NCBI GenBank assembly: GCA_964016885.1 | Contig: OZ024742.1 | Span: forward strand, 260,338,001-260,402,000 | Reading direction: 5' to 3' | Length of the DNA: 64,000 nucleotides | Source of the DNA: Eledone cirrhosa | Taxonomy: Eukaryota | In this document: piece after piece, positions 1-13,080 of the stretch | Numbering within the stretch: position 1 is the stretch's first letter | Layout of the letters: the number at the start of each line of letters is the position of its first letter | The notes under the pieces: generated by a model | What the model saw: only the letters and a program-made list of their open reading frames with translations | Database searches by the model: none | What the model was told of the DNA's origin: nothing | Made by a program: the position numbers and the translations under genes

Positions 1-107
1 AACAAAACAAAATGACGCTTTGCATTTTTATCTTATATTTCATGAGAATTCAATATTATCACACCTCTTTCAACATATATGTATAGATAGATAGATAGGT
101 AGATAGA

Positions 108-161
<54 letters not shown>

Positions 162-209
162 TATCAGCATCATCACTTTTACATCCGTTCTTCCATGCTT
201 TCATGGGTT

Positions 210-259
<50 letters not shown>

Positions 260-352
260 GGTAAAAGCACTCAATTCATAGGACGAGTTAAGTATAATTA
301 GTCATTGTTTTAACTAAATATATATATATATATAATAAAAGCATTGTATATA

Positions 353-1288
353 ATATATAACGTTGAAAGAGATTGAAGGCTAAACAATGCAAAATGGACT
401 GTAAGATGAGGTAACGAAAAGTAAAAGTTACCTGGTAATCTTTGATTTGTTTTGTTGTTGTCCTTGTTCTTTTATCTGTCCAATATTTCGGGACCTAAAA
501 GTCCCTTCATCGGGGTTTAAGGAACCTTAAGAGGATAACGTTCCAATTTCCTCTCTTTGGGATAAAATTTTGATTTTGATTTAAATTTCTATCACTGGCT
601 TTAATGGTAATAATTTCTACATTTGTCAATGTGTTTTTTGAATGTTGATGCACGTCTGTTGAGGTATTCTTTAATGCGAGCATGGAGTGTTCGAGTCATG
701 CTACCAATGTAGAACTCCTTACATTTGTTGCATTCAATCCGGTATACCACATGTGTCCGCTGGCACATACCTTTATCGCGGATAGGGCAGTTAGTCAGCA
801 AGCATTGATTGTTGTTGGCAACTTAGGAATTAAGGAAGCTTTGCTCATACGTCGACTCAACCCATAAATAAATAATAGATTAGAACTCAGCACACAGTAC
901 TTGACATAAAAAGACACACCCACAGGCACACAAACTAAACATCTCATCCAAAAAAGAAAATTGATTTTGCGAAATACTATATTGACAATTGACATCATTC
1001 ATGTGGAAAGCGAAGTAACCATCAAAAAACTCTTGAAAACGACTTAGAAAAAATTTAAATCAAAATCGAAATTTTATCCCAAAGAGAGGAAATTGGAACA
1101 TTATCCACTGAAGGTTCCTGAAACCCTGATGAAGGGATGACTTTTAGATCCTGAAATGTTGGACAGATAAAATAACAAGAACAAAACAAAACAAAGATTA
1201 CCAAGTAATTTTTACTTTTCGTTACCTCATCTTACAGTCCATCTTGCATTGTTTTGCCTTCTATCTCTTTCAATGTTATATATATATA
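353..1288. mobile_element. Penelope-like element remnant: GIY-YIG endonuclease fragments between ~235-bp inverted pseudo-LTR arms, in (TA)n
   Basis: ORF 601-801(-) VVYRIECNKCKEFYIGSMTRTLHARIKE is a GIY-YIG motif. The + strand at ~810-885 encodes GNLGIKEALLIRRLNP*INNRLEL, typical of the Penelope endonuclease C-terminus. 353-588 and 1051-1288 are imperfect reverse complements, with TA repeats at both ends. Confidence 0.85.
1120..1170 (+). ncRNA. Degenerate minimal hammerhead-ribozyme-like motif in the Penelope pLTR arm (mirror copy on - strand at ~480-520)
   Basis: + arm: CTGATGA-agggatgacttttagatcct-GAAA (1126-1156). The - arm reads CCGATGA-AGGGAC-ttttag-GTCCC-GAAA with a 5-bp GGGAC/GTCCC stem. 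The stem III/cleavage triplet is not canonical. Confidence 0.5.
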
Positions 1289-2253
1289 TGAAGCTTGCGA
1301 TATATATGATTGTTTGGGGAAAGTCGATACATTGCAAATTGGAAATGCATGAGTGAAAACTAAAGTGGATTAAAGTAAGAACAACTAAACAAAAAATAAT
1401 TTAAACTTTTACTTTACATTTCCTGATATATTGAGGCTAGGACCTCTTTTTCAAAAGAAAAGAATCAGAGTATGTTGTCGGGAGCTGTCCTCTGCTGTAG
1501 TGGAATTATTTATTTAGTAGCCACTTCAAGATAACTGTAAAAGTTGTTTCCCTGTTTTATATTTAGCAGTTTAATTATGAAATCAGCTTCTATGGTTTTC
1601 AGTTACTTACCTAAGTGTTTTAAATGGGATTATAACTGAAATTTTGCAATGTCAGTTGGCATAATTGGCATACTATCTCTTGTATGTTTAGGTTGACATA
1701 TATGTTGACATATAGTCACTGTTGACAGTGTCAGTTGACATACAATCTGATATGTTTCAACTGACATAAACGACTTGTTCATTTAAAGTTATCTATCAAT
1801 ATGCTCATTTCTTCCACACTAATCAAAAAGCAAGGAAGATTTGTACATGGTTGTATTAAATCTTGACAATTATATTTGACCAAGCTATGTGACATTAATA
1901 TTTAATACTATGTTAAACCTTTGATAACAACCTTGCTGAAACTGTTGTGGTTTAATTATGTAAAACTGACCATACTTATATTAAAACCTGCCATCATAAT
2001 TTTATATAAGAAATCTTTTCTGGGTTGATTGACAGAATTGTTAACGTGCCAGATGGGATAGTTTGTAGTATCAACTCTGGCTCTGTACATTCTGACTTCA
2101 AATCCTACCTCTTAACTGCAGGAAAGAGGTGACACCTCTCCAAGAGTTGCAACGGGCAAAAGGTATCAGCAATGGAAAGGCCTAAAGAATATAACAATGT
2201 TGTTAATTGATGCTCTTAAGGTGAACATTTTAAGACTGAATTACTAAGCCTGC

Positions 2254-2393
2254 ATTCTTCTTCTTCTTCTTCTTCTTCTTCTTCTTCTTCTTCTTCTTCT
2301 TCTTCTTCTTCTTCTTCTTCTTCTTCTTCTTCTTCTTCTTCTTCTTCTTCTTCTTCTTCTTCTTCTTCTTCTTCTTCTTCTTCTTCTTCTTCT
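2254..2393 (+). repeat. (TTC)n microsatellite
   Basis: About 46 perfect TTC units; this is the source of the poly-K ORF. Confidence 0.98.
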
Positions 2394-4899
2394 TTATAGT
2401 CATCATTTCAGCTGATGGTATGAAATCCACAACAAGATCACACTCTAACTATTTAACCATATTAACAAATATGAGGTGTAGTGGATATAAACAAGAAAGA
2501 GCTTTGCAACTAACACTAAATACCCACTACAATTTCCATAATATATATATCTAGATAGATTAACAGTTGAAATAACTCATCTTGCTATAGTGTATATAAC
2601 ACCATGTCTTATAAACCAACCAATGGATACCTTTCATAAAATAAAAGTTCACCAGTTCTTCATTTAAAAATTCATTATATCTTAAAAGGCTGATCATGTT
2701 TACGGTGGTGAAATTATTTGGTAATGCAAAAATAAGTCAAAATATTAATATAAATATTTGTAACTTCACATTGTGTTGATTGTTCTTTTGCTTCTTTATA
2801 CCCAAACACACGTGTGTGTGAAGAAAACAAAACAAAAGTCAGAGTTAGGTAGTTAATTTCATTGTCACTGAAACCATCTGTTCAAGGCCACATTGAGTTC
2901 TAACAACATTATTGGCTCTGCCACAAACGGGTAGAAACCAATAAATATATATAAAGTGCTCATCATTTAGGGACTAGAAGGACCTCAAATTAGAGTAGAA
3001 TTCAATAGATGTTTAGATAGTGAGTAGATATAGAAATAAGAGAACATCCCAACTCACAGGGCTGTTGGATTCAGCCTGATGAGTCCAGAGCAAGTCAGTA
3101 TCTACTAACCCTGTTAGCTACAACAAAGGGGGCCTTCTGTTGCAATATTACTATATATATATATATAGTCCGCATCCGTTCGTCAGATAAGGCAATACAT
3201 AGAGCACTCTTCATTCCTTTTACTTTTTCCACGGAAACTTCAACACTTGTATTTATATACATATATATAATATGTATATATATATATATGTATTCACTTT
3301 ATTCTAGAAATGTTTCATTCGTAAGAAATCATCAGGAAAAATTCTTCTGATGGTTTCTTATGAATAAAATTCTAGTCCTGTAGAAGTCATTTCTATAATA
3401 AAATGAATATATCTATATTCTTCTGATGTATTGTATATATATATATACAGGGAGAAAAATTATGTTTTTTAATGCAAAGTGTTTAGTAAAGACATATATT
3501 AGAATCCTGATATATTTATTAATTTGTAAGTCAGATTATTTCCCCACACATAAAGGCTTTATACGCTTGATTTTAGTCAATCTTTACTTGGCTGTGTGAT
3601 CTGAAATGTTCTGAACTCACTGATGATTACTGTCAGTTGCATGAAATCTTCAGGTATAAGGAAATAATCTTGTTTACCAATGCATAATTATTTATGTGTG
3701 TTTGTCTGTAAAACATATAGTGGTTAACATGCAGTGATAAAACATATAGTAGTATATGTTGTACAGTTTGCTAACGTGTGTGTATTAATATATATATATA
3801 TATATATACATACATATTAGTACATACATACATATACATATATGTATATATCTTATATCAATAAGTAGCAGTTAATTGTAGTAGTGGTTGATCACAACTG
3901 CTAGGAAGTAAATCTTTTATTGTAAGTAACTGCTATTTATTGATGTACTCTATGTATAGAAGTCTGTTATCAGATAATGTTAGCAACCTGTACAACATAT
4001 ACCACTTTATGTTTTAGCACTGCATTATGATTCTCTCACAACTGACTTCAGAGAAATACTTAAATGCACGTCTTGACTGCTTCAGTCGCTGTCCACACGA
4101 AATGAAATTCATTCTGAGAAAATGGTATAGATCAGATTAACTAATTTTAATTCCAAGAAATATATTTTCTTTGAATTACTAACTAATTTGATTTTCAAGG
4201 AATTAGCACAAGTTCCCCTTTTTTTATAGTTAACTCCCTTTAACCTATTTAATAATTTTGTTTATTTGTAGCTAATTTCGAAATTACCTGCCCTTTGAAG
4301 AGCTCTCATATTTTTTCTAAGAAGCTCCAATCAACCATGGGAGTAGCCATCTTTTTTATATAACAGGCTGAATGAGTTGAGGTGTATAACCCAATGAAAC
4401 GTAGTACCTGTATATGTCACTGTTGTAACTAATTGTATATTTATATATACCATAAACTTAAACTTAAGCGATGCATTTTTATACACATGTAATATGGCAG
4501 AAAAACATGATAGAACCATCAGTGGGAATGAGACCTCACATCTGTTGTAAATTGGACGAGATGACCCAACAGATTTTTGTCAGTGATGAGGGCTGATTCA
4601 CCCGATATGACATTAATAACAACTATGTATTGTAATCCAGTAAGACATATATATATAAGCTACATTTAATGTTAAAATGTATTGGGTCATCTTAGTATAG
4701 TGTTCTCTGCAGTTATCCAGTCTACGTTGTTGAGTCATCTTAGTGAAGTGGTCAATGCAGTTATCTGGTCTACAGCAGATGTAAGGGTCAAGCCCTGCAG
4801 TCGGTTCTCTCACATATTTTCTGTCATATTTCATATGCATAAAAATGTATTAAGTTTATCATTAAAAAATCTTTACCCTTATATTATATATATAAGCAT

Positions 4900-4931
<32 letters not shown>

Positions 4932-6104
4932 ATCATTAGAAGAAACTGCTAATTACTGAAGAAATACTGAATCAGTTGGTAATTCTGGTAAAATGATTTA
5001 CAATCTTTATTTTATTTAGTTTCTTTTTATTTCTTTTTCTTTTTTTCTGTATTTTGTTTAAATCTTTCTTATTGTTTTGTGTTGTCAAATGTCTTTGTTG
5101 AAGAATATATTTGTTTCCCATTTAGACTTTAAAAGAAAATAAGGAATTGTTACATTGTGTGTTCTTGTGGTTTGCATGGAATTATATATAAAACTTGTCC
5201 TTTGCACATGTGAGCTGTTTCCAGTTTATTTCAGTCAGTCATGACCAGTTTAACAAACCTGCTGATGTGCTTTCATGCAAGCAAACATATCTATTTTTTT
5301 GACACTTTTTTCACAGATTATAAATTTATAACCCTTTCAATACCAAACTGCCTGAAACCACCCTTGGTTCTACAATACAAAATTGTTTATATTAAAGTGT
5401 TTATATTTATCTAAAAATTAGAAATATGGTAACAAAAAGGTTACAACAAGCATTTCAGGGTGATTTTTCCGCACTAAAGCAAAGTTTAGCTTTCTGGACC
5501 CTATAACAAGCTGCATACTCATCATGGAGTGCCCTTTTGTAGCAAAGTTTTACAGCAGGATACCCCTTTCTTTTAATTGTTTCTTGCAACATATAGTGAT
5601 AAGGTGTACCTATTCTAAACTAGATACACACAGTGGAGTAACAATAGAATAAAGAAAGATATTTTAACTATTATTTTCTTGTCATGACAAGAGTTTTACA
5701 AACTTGTTAAATATTTACTCAGCAAGGTTTCCTCTATCATGAATCACAGTAATTGTTGCTACCATAAGATACAGTCAACACCTTAAATGAGAGAGAGGGA
5801 ATAGGAAAGGAGCTGATCATCAGATCAGACCAAGAAAATAATATTTCCATTGATCTTTTCATTGCTGTTACTATCTACTAGTCACAATTCTTAGTAGAAG
5901 GAGCAAGATAAAATAAAAGTCTTTCCTGTTCCAATAAATGAACCAATGGTCCTAGTATCTTGAGTTCAAAATCCTAACCATTCAATCCCATACTAGCAAT
6001 ACAAGTACAACAAAAATATACAATAATAATGTATAAATGAAGAGAATGACAATTTAAAGTCATTTACTATCCTAATTGCCTTTCTCCTTTAAACTATTTT
6101 ACAT

Positions 6105-6357
6105 TTAACCCTTTTGATACCAAACCTCCTGAAACTGCCTCTGATGCTATGATGCAGAACTGTTTATTCTAAAGTGTTTATATTTATCTAAAACTTCCCA
6201 TCATATTTTTAGGTAAGAGACTTCAAGTTATGTTCCAAAACTAAATTAATAAAGATGTAGTTGATTATTGAATATCTCCAAATCCTTGATTATTTTCAAA
6301 ATTATTTGAAAATTAATGCAGTGTCTTCCAATAGAAATATAATAATGAAAGGGTTGA
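6105..6357 (+). mobile_element. piggyBac-type non-autonomous MITE, family 1 (TTAA-CCCTTT...AAAGGG-TTRA)
   Basis: Termini are TTAACCCTTTTGATAC and ATGAAAGGGTTGA. The same interior recurs at about 5329, 6969, 9555, 10090, 16410, 17888, 18610, 30020, 39080(-), 40513(-) and 45200(-). Confidence 0.75.
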
Positions 6358-6480
6358 TACTTAATATCATGTAATGATGTACAGAAAATATTTTAAATGG
6401 GTCTGTTAATTCAAATGTCCATAGGAGCTTTACTGGCAGAGAGATCATTGTGAAAATTTGCAGTGTTAAACATCTTTCTT

Positions 6481-6726
6481 TTTAATGTGATGCAGCCATA
6501 GTGCTGTTTCCTGCTTTTAGTGTGTTGCAGTCATAGTGCTGTTTCCTGCTTTTAGTGTGATGCAGTCATAGTGCTGTTTCTTACTTTTAATGTGATGCAG
6601 TCATAGTACTGTTTTCTACTTTTAATGTGATGCAGTCATAGTGCAGTTTTTTACTTTTAATGTGATGCAGTCATAGTAGTTTTCTACTTTTAATGTGATG
6701 CAGTCATAGTACTATTTTCTGCTTTT
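6481..6726 (+). repeat. 35-bp minisatellite (7 units) expanded inside a family-2 MITE copy
   Basis: TGTGATGCAG-like units start at 6486, 6521, 6556, 6591, 6626, 6661 and 6694. The unit matches the reverse complement of the MITE interior at 23662-23885. Confidence 0.85.
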
Positions 6727-9270
6727 CAAGAATGTCTTGATAAAGCAGCTTTCTGTTCTTGCAGATCAAATTTTAGAATTAACTTTTTGTCTTTTACTTT
6801 TTGGGAGTCGATAGGAGGGTGGATTGGTAGAATTGTTTGAGCATTAGACTAGTGGTGTGTGTTTCAGTTTTGTCCATTCTGAGATCAAATCTCAGCCCTT
6901 CTATCACTGAGACAAATATCTGATCGTTCAGAACCTGGCAAAAAACAATGACAGGCTTGAGAGATCCTTAACCCTTCAGATACCAATTAGCTCAAACCAA
7001 CCTGGTCAAAAACAGCTTTTGTTCTCTGAAACAAAACATTTTAGATATCAGCCTGGCCAAAACCAGCTCTGGTTCTATGAAATAAAACTGCCATTTTAAA
7101 GGATTCATATTTAAATGAAAATTATCTACTATAGTTTTATATAAGAACCATATGTTAAGTTGCTATCTTAGTTATGAAATAATTAATAATTTTTGTAAAT
7201 CCCTGAAAATTCTTCATTAATTATTTGAAATAGAGTGTATCTCATCAGAAATATTATCATAAAAACTGTTCATGTAATTCAGCTTATTACTCTCAATGGC
7301 AGCATACAGCTAACAGGAAGGAATGCAAGGGAATATTCAAGTCCAAAGACAATAGAGAAGTTAAATAGTAAAAGCAGGAATTAATTAGATAAAGTCTGTC
7401 CCAAGGCCAGAGGTTGACCAGGTCAAATCTTATCTGAGTTTTATTGGTGTTAGGCAACTGAGAGAACAAGAATATCCCATGTTATAGCAACAATGTGATT
7501 GAACAATTAAAATATTAATTAATTAAAGTCTGTCCCAAGCCTAGAAGTTGATCAAGTCAGATCGTATCCTGGTTTCATTAGCATTAGGCAACTGAGAATA
7601 CATAACATTGGATTAAAGTTTTAGAAATTAATTTTTTTTAAAAAGCCATGGTAAATATGCAGTAACATGACTTGCGACCATTTGCAGAGGACAGTTTGTA
7701 GAAGATGTATTTATGTTTCAGTGACTATCTTCATCTTTGTTGCCATACAAGGATATGTGTAAATGAAGGATGAACAATTTTTCCAGGTTTGTGTGTGTAT
7801 GTGTATATATGTAAATATATATACCTATATATATTTATTGAAAATTAATGTGTGTATTTATTTATACATTTTTTTTTCGGTTCTATTATATATTTTTTTA
7901 TATATATTTTCTTACATCTTTGTTTCTAATTTCTCTATCTTGTTTCTTGTACATGTTTATATATATCAGTATGAAAAAATGTTGTTGTCGGTGCTGTTGC
8001 TGTATTTGTTGTCATTGTTGTTATTGATGTTGTTGTTATCCTTGGTCAGTCTATGTTGTCTAATTTACTTCTGCTAGTTTGGCAGATTTGATATCTGTTC
8101 CTAACAGATTTACCATTATTATTATTTGGTGATCCTTCATTTTAGGTAGACATATGTAACCAAAAACTAACTTTTCTGGACCAGAAGTCATGCATTCGTA
8201 TGATACATGCCCACATACATATGTGTATATATATATATTTAATTTTATACATGTTCTTTTACTAAGATGTCAAATTCCAGCAGAAAAGAAATTATTTGAT
8301 GTCCATACATACATGTCATATTTCCTTTGCTTTTACAAAGAAATAATTCTGGATTAATATATACAGGCTAATAAAGTAGAGTTTATATTCATTATATTAG
8401 TGTTATTGTAGTTGCAAATGGTAATTAATGAAAACTAAAACCTAAAATTTAGAGTATGTAGTGAACAAAAAATTAGACTTTATACTAAACAAATAATTGA
8501 TAAAAAGTAAAAACGAAAAAAATGTTACTAACTTGTTCTGCACAATGGAGGAATTTGACATGTTAGTAAAAGAAAATGTTTAAAAATAAATGTAAATATG
8601 TATGTGCATGTGTGTATTGTATGGACACGACTTCCAATCCTAAAAATGTCAAAGTTGTTTACATCAAGTCTACTTAAAACAAAGGATTACCTTTTTTTCT
8701 TTTTTACTGTAGAAACCTTATGTCTAATATTCACCTAGTTATCTATTCTGTTACTTCATATATCTTGTTTGAATTAAATATTGCTGTTATAACATGATTT
8801 CAAAAACAATCAATAATATTATGTTATCAAATGAATAAAACATAGTTATTTATTATCCATGTACAAAAAGACAAGTTTTTTCACTATCTTAGAATCAAGC
8901 AAACAATTTCAACCATTTTTTTTTTTTTAGTTTTTATCATTATTATATTTAGGACAAAAAAAGATATATCTATGATGTTTTCAAAATACAAATATAATTT
9001 TTTTGTACAATATTATTATTATTATCAATCATGATCATTATTATTTTAATTATTCTCAGTAGATACAAATAAACTTTTTATTTTTATTTTTTTTTATTTT
9101 CATGTTAGTGAATAACTAAGACTGGAAAGAATGGAAAGAATTCTTGTCCAAAATGTGGAACTATCACCCAAACTCACGAATTCCTTTAGCTATATGGCTG
9201 ACAAAACACTTTGTTACCTCTTCTTTTAGCTCTCTGTTCTTTGTTTCTTTATACTGATGTCTTATCCACA

Positions 9271-9312
<42 letters not shown>

Positions 9313-9554
9313 TATGTATATGTATATATATATATATATATATATTTATATGTGTGTGTATTTATTCCTGTCCTATTGAAATCTGTCATGTACATGTATG
9401 TGTGTGTCTGTTTGTGTGTGCATGTGTTTGTGTGTGCATATGTGTTTATATGAAAATAGTTTGTTTATTGTATTAGTAGAAAAATATAAAAGTGCTCTCA
9501 ATATACACACGGTGAAGAGTGTGAAAACAACTTTGTTGTCCAATGCTGGAGATT

Positions 9555-9824
9555 TTAACCCTTCTGAATTCAAACTACCTGAAGCCACTTTTGGTTCTAC
9601 TATACAAAGTTGTATACTTTGAAGTGTCTATAATTATCTAAAAACCTTGCACCTTACATCTTAATTTTATGTAAAAAGCTTTTTTAAGTTATGTTCAAAA
9701 CACCAGCTTAATAATGAGAAATTAGTTATATTACTAAACCTATCCAAATTTTTGATTATTTTCAAAATTATTTTAAAATTATAGGTAGTGTCTTTCATTA
9801 GAAATATGGTGATAAGAAGGTTAA
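9555..9824 (+). mobile_element. piggyBac-type MITE family 1 copy with TTAA at both ends
   Basis: TTAACCCTTCTG...GATAAGAAGGTTAA; interior homologous to 6105-6357. Confidence 0.75.
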
Positions 9825-10454
9825 TCCTTTCCTGGTGTGCACATAGCTTGCCTTGTCTTTCGTCAAGGCATAACAATGACTATCAGTAGAAAATAAGAAG
9901 AGAAAAACAGCTGTGTGTTGACAGGTCAAAATAAGTTCAGACTTGTGATGTAGTCTTCAAATACAGTGAAGAGATTAAATCATTTTTTTTCATTTGTATC
10001 TTTATTTTATTTGCATATACTAGTACAATCTAACATGGACTGATTGACTGTGAGATGCAATTAACAAATTATGAAAACGAAAACATTCTTAACCTTTTTG
10101 ACACAAACCACTCAAAGTCACCCCCTTTTCAATGATATAAACTGTTTGTTTTAAAATGTTTATATTTATTTTGAAATATTCCAAGTTAGAATCTTTATTA
10201 AGTTATGCTCCAAACACCAGCTTAATAATGAGAAACTTATATATTGTGTAGATCCTTCCAAATTTTTTATTATTTTTAAAATGTGTTGAAAACCATATGG
10301 TTAATAAATGACTAATATTATTGTTAACTATAAACAACAATTACATATCATTTTACCTTCTAAAGGCTCTTCAGGAAACCACAGCCTTTTTGTGATTTAG
10401 TGTTATCATTTTACATTCATTTTTCCATGCTTGCAAAGGTTGGATGAAACCCAA

Positions 10455-10840
10455 AACTTATTGTAGTTTCATGAGCATTAAGCAACTGAAAGTATAAGAT
10501 TCTTCCCTACTAAAGAGGACACCCATCCATAGCAAATTTAACACCCCACCCCCCAGTTGGTGCCGATTTTCATTTTCAACTGAATTGACTAGAGCTATGT
10601 GAAGTGGAGTGCATTGCTCCAAAACACAATCAGCTGGTCTAGAAATCAAACCCACTACCTTATGATCATGAATCGAACAATCTAACCATTAGACCAGGTA
10701 CCTTCAATTTCAGCTGAATGAACTAAAGCAACATGAAAGGAAGTCTATTGCATAAAGATAACACATTGCTTAGTCTAGGAATCAAACTCATGACCTTATG
10801 ATTAAAAGCCAACTCCTTAACCATTAAACCCCATGCCTTT
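10455..10840 (-). mobile_element. Two tandem copies of tRNA-derived SINE family B
   Basis: The reverse strand gives GAAGGTACCTGGTCTAATGGTTAG and GGCATGGGGTTTAATGGTTAAG tRNA-like heads, homologous to 28360-28620. Confidence 0.6.
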
Positions 10841-10960
10841 CATAAGTACCGTCTTCAATTCTTTACTTTTACTGATTACCAAAGTTTGTCTTTGTGCAAG
10901 TTTTGTTATGTGAAACCTGAGTATGGGTTACAATCTCCAGTATTTTACACGAATGTACTC

Positions 10961-11007
<47 letters not shown>

Positions 11008-11156
11008 CTAGAAAAAATTGCAAAATTTACATTTTTTTTTTCAATCCTATTATATCATTTATACAATAATATTAATATCTTAAAGTATTTTATCTTATCA
11101 AATTTATACTGCTTCACCTATTGGGGTCACATTTATTAATATAATTATTATTATCA

Positions 11157-11330
11157 AGAGGGTCGGACGCCAGGCTTTGACACATAGAGTTACGGCCCTT
11201 GCCATTCTGAGTTCAAATCCCACCAAGGTTAACTTTGCCTTTCATCCTTACGTTGATAAAATAAAGTACCAGTAATGTACTGGGTAATTGCTGGCCTTGT
11301 GCCAAAAGTAGAAACAATTATTATTATCAT
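11157..11330 (+). mobile_element. SINE family A (octopus-type) with (ATT)n tail
   Basis: B-box-like GAGTTCAAATCCC, core CTTTGCCTTTCATCCTT...GATAAAATAAAGTACCAGT and end GGCCTTGTGCCAAAAGTAGAAAC-(ATT)n. Confidence 0.8.
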
Positions 11331-11349
11331 TATTGATGGTAGAAACAAT

Positions 11350-11520
11350 TATTGATGGTTTGCACTGTAAATAGGAAGATGATTACTAGATCTTCTACTG
11401 CCTGTCAAGTCTCACAAGGACTTTAAACAGACAGTACTTTCCTTAGTATACAGTGCCCAACAGGAGGGTTGTAGTGGTATTGGCCCTAAAGCTCCAATGA
11501 CAACTGGAATTATCTTTGTT
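11350..11520 (-). mobile_element. Dong/R4-clade non-LTR retrotransposon 3' end fragment
   Basis: The - strand encodes IIPVVIGALG and, after frameshift, LLGT-x-ILRKVL-like sequence. It is homologous to 41978-42200 and 20071-20300. Confidence 0.65.
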
Positions 11521-11544
11521 GCAGTTGTTATTATCATTATCGTT

Positions 11545-11760
11545 GAGGCTGGGAGATTGGCAGAATCAGTAAAATGTTAAACAAAATGCTTTGTGGCATT
11601 TAGTTACGACTTTCTACATTCTAAGTTCAAATCGCACCAAAATCAACTTTGCCTTTCATCCGTCCAAAAGTGATAAAATAAAATATCAGTAATCTACTGA
11701 GGTTGGTATAATCAACACCCAAATTGCTGGCTTTGTGCCTAATTTAAAAAGAATTATTGT
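11545..11760 (+). mobile_element. SINE family A
   Basis: GGGAGATTGGCAGAATC head, AGTTCAAATC box, same core and tail as other copies. Confidence 0.75.
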
Positions 11761-12924
11761 TTTTGCTATTATTAGTTTTTAAGTGGGATATAATTTGGTG
11801 GTGTTGGTTCTGTTGGAGCTTAAAAAGTATGTACTTCTCTGTGTTAGAAATGTTTTGTAGGTTTTGTTAATTGTGTATGTATATTTCTGTGTCTGTTGTG
11901 TGTGTGTGTGTATATATATACATGTATGTATATATATGTGTATGTGCGTATATGTATATATCACGTCATTATCTTCTGGTATTTCAATTGAAACCTTTAA
12001 AAGAAATATCTTGTGATATTTTGTAATGGATTTTATTAATTAGTCAGCAATAAAGGAGTGATTATTAATTAATCATCATTTAGTTAAATATCTCAAATAT
12101 TTCACTTTATTCTTACTGCTTTTATTCTGTATTCTATGGGGACCTATATACACTCACTTACCTACACACTGCACACACAGCACAGTGAAGGTGTGTGGCC
12201 TAGTGATTAGAGTGCTGGACTCATGATCATAATGATCAATTCATGAACCAGGCAGTGTGTGGTGTTCTTGAGTAAAACGCATACATGTTGCTCTTCATGG
12301 CCCCTATCACTAAAACACCTGAGAAACCTTTTATGAGGCCAGCTAAACCTACATAGGTGTAAGGTGTAAATTCCATTTCACCACATACACTGTACTCATT
12401 CATATTAGATGGTGATTTATATATAATTATACTTGCTGATGTAGTAAAATGTATTAATGACAAAACCAGATCAAACTGCTATACATACAGATTTGGGGAT
12501 AAATGCTTATTTTTCAATATTTTTGTTATCATATCTAAACATCATGTAGCATAACTTTATATAAATAAAATATATGACAACTAGATGTAAAGAAAATTGT
12601 CATACTATGAATGTTCGATGAATGGATGGAAGGGTTTTTATATCTAAGAATCATCTTCAACAAATTTTTATGTTCTATCTATCTATCCATCCATCTACCT
12701 ACATATCTATCTATGTATATATAATTGTATTTCAAGCTATTTTCCAGTAGATTATAGACTGGAGAACATTTCTCACAATTCATCAGCTTTTTTTTTTTTT
12801 GTCTGCAAATGCAATGGACTTTTGTTTTCATATCTAATATTGATATATAATTTTGTTGACCTTTTAGAAACATACATTTACAGAGATCTGACAAAATATT
12901 ATTTCAAATTATGGTCTAAACTGT

Positions 12925-13080
12925 AGAATATCTGTTGGTTATGATAATTCTAGAACAATTTGGCTTTTAAAAAAAACATTTTCCCTTTAAAATTATGAAG
13001 ATGTAAAAAGAATATCTGTTGGTTATGATAATTATAGAACAATTTGGCTTTTAAGAAAACATTTCCCTTTAAAACTATAA
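12925..13080 (+). repeat. 84-bp tandem duplication
   Basis: AGAATATCTGTTGGTTATGATAATT...TTTCCCTTTAAAA starts at both 12925 and 13009. Confidence 0.85.

Noticed and set aside
2230-2430. Poly-lysine ORF
   Set aside because: Translation of a (GAA)n microsatellite.
3076-3200. Isolated CTGATGAG (3077, +) and CTGACGA (~3187, -) as hammerhead cores; also TGATGAGGG...CCCGATA at ~4584
   Set aside because: No matching GAAA box or complete stems; could be decayed remnants but cannot be supported.
6481-6726. CRISPR-like 35-bp periodicity
   Set aside because: Contiguous tandem units without unique spacers, in a eukaryotic context with no cas genes.
7722-7786. AG/GT-bounded segment resembling an exon
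   Set aside because: It has stop codons in all three frames.
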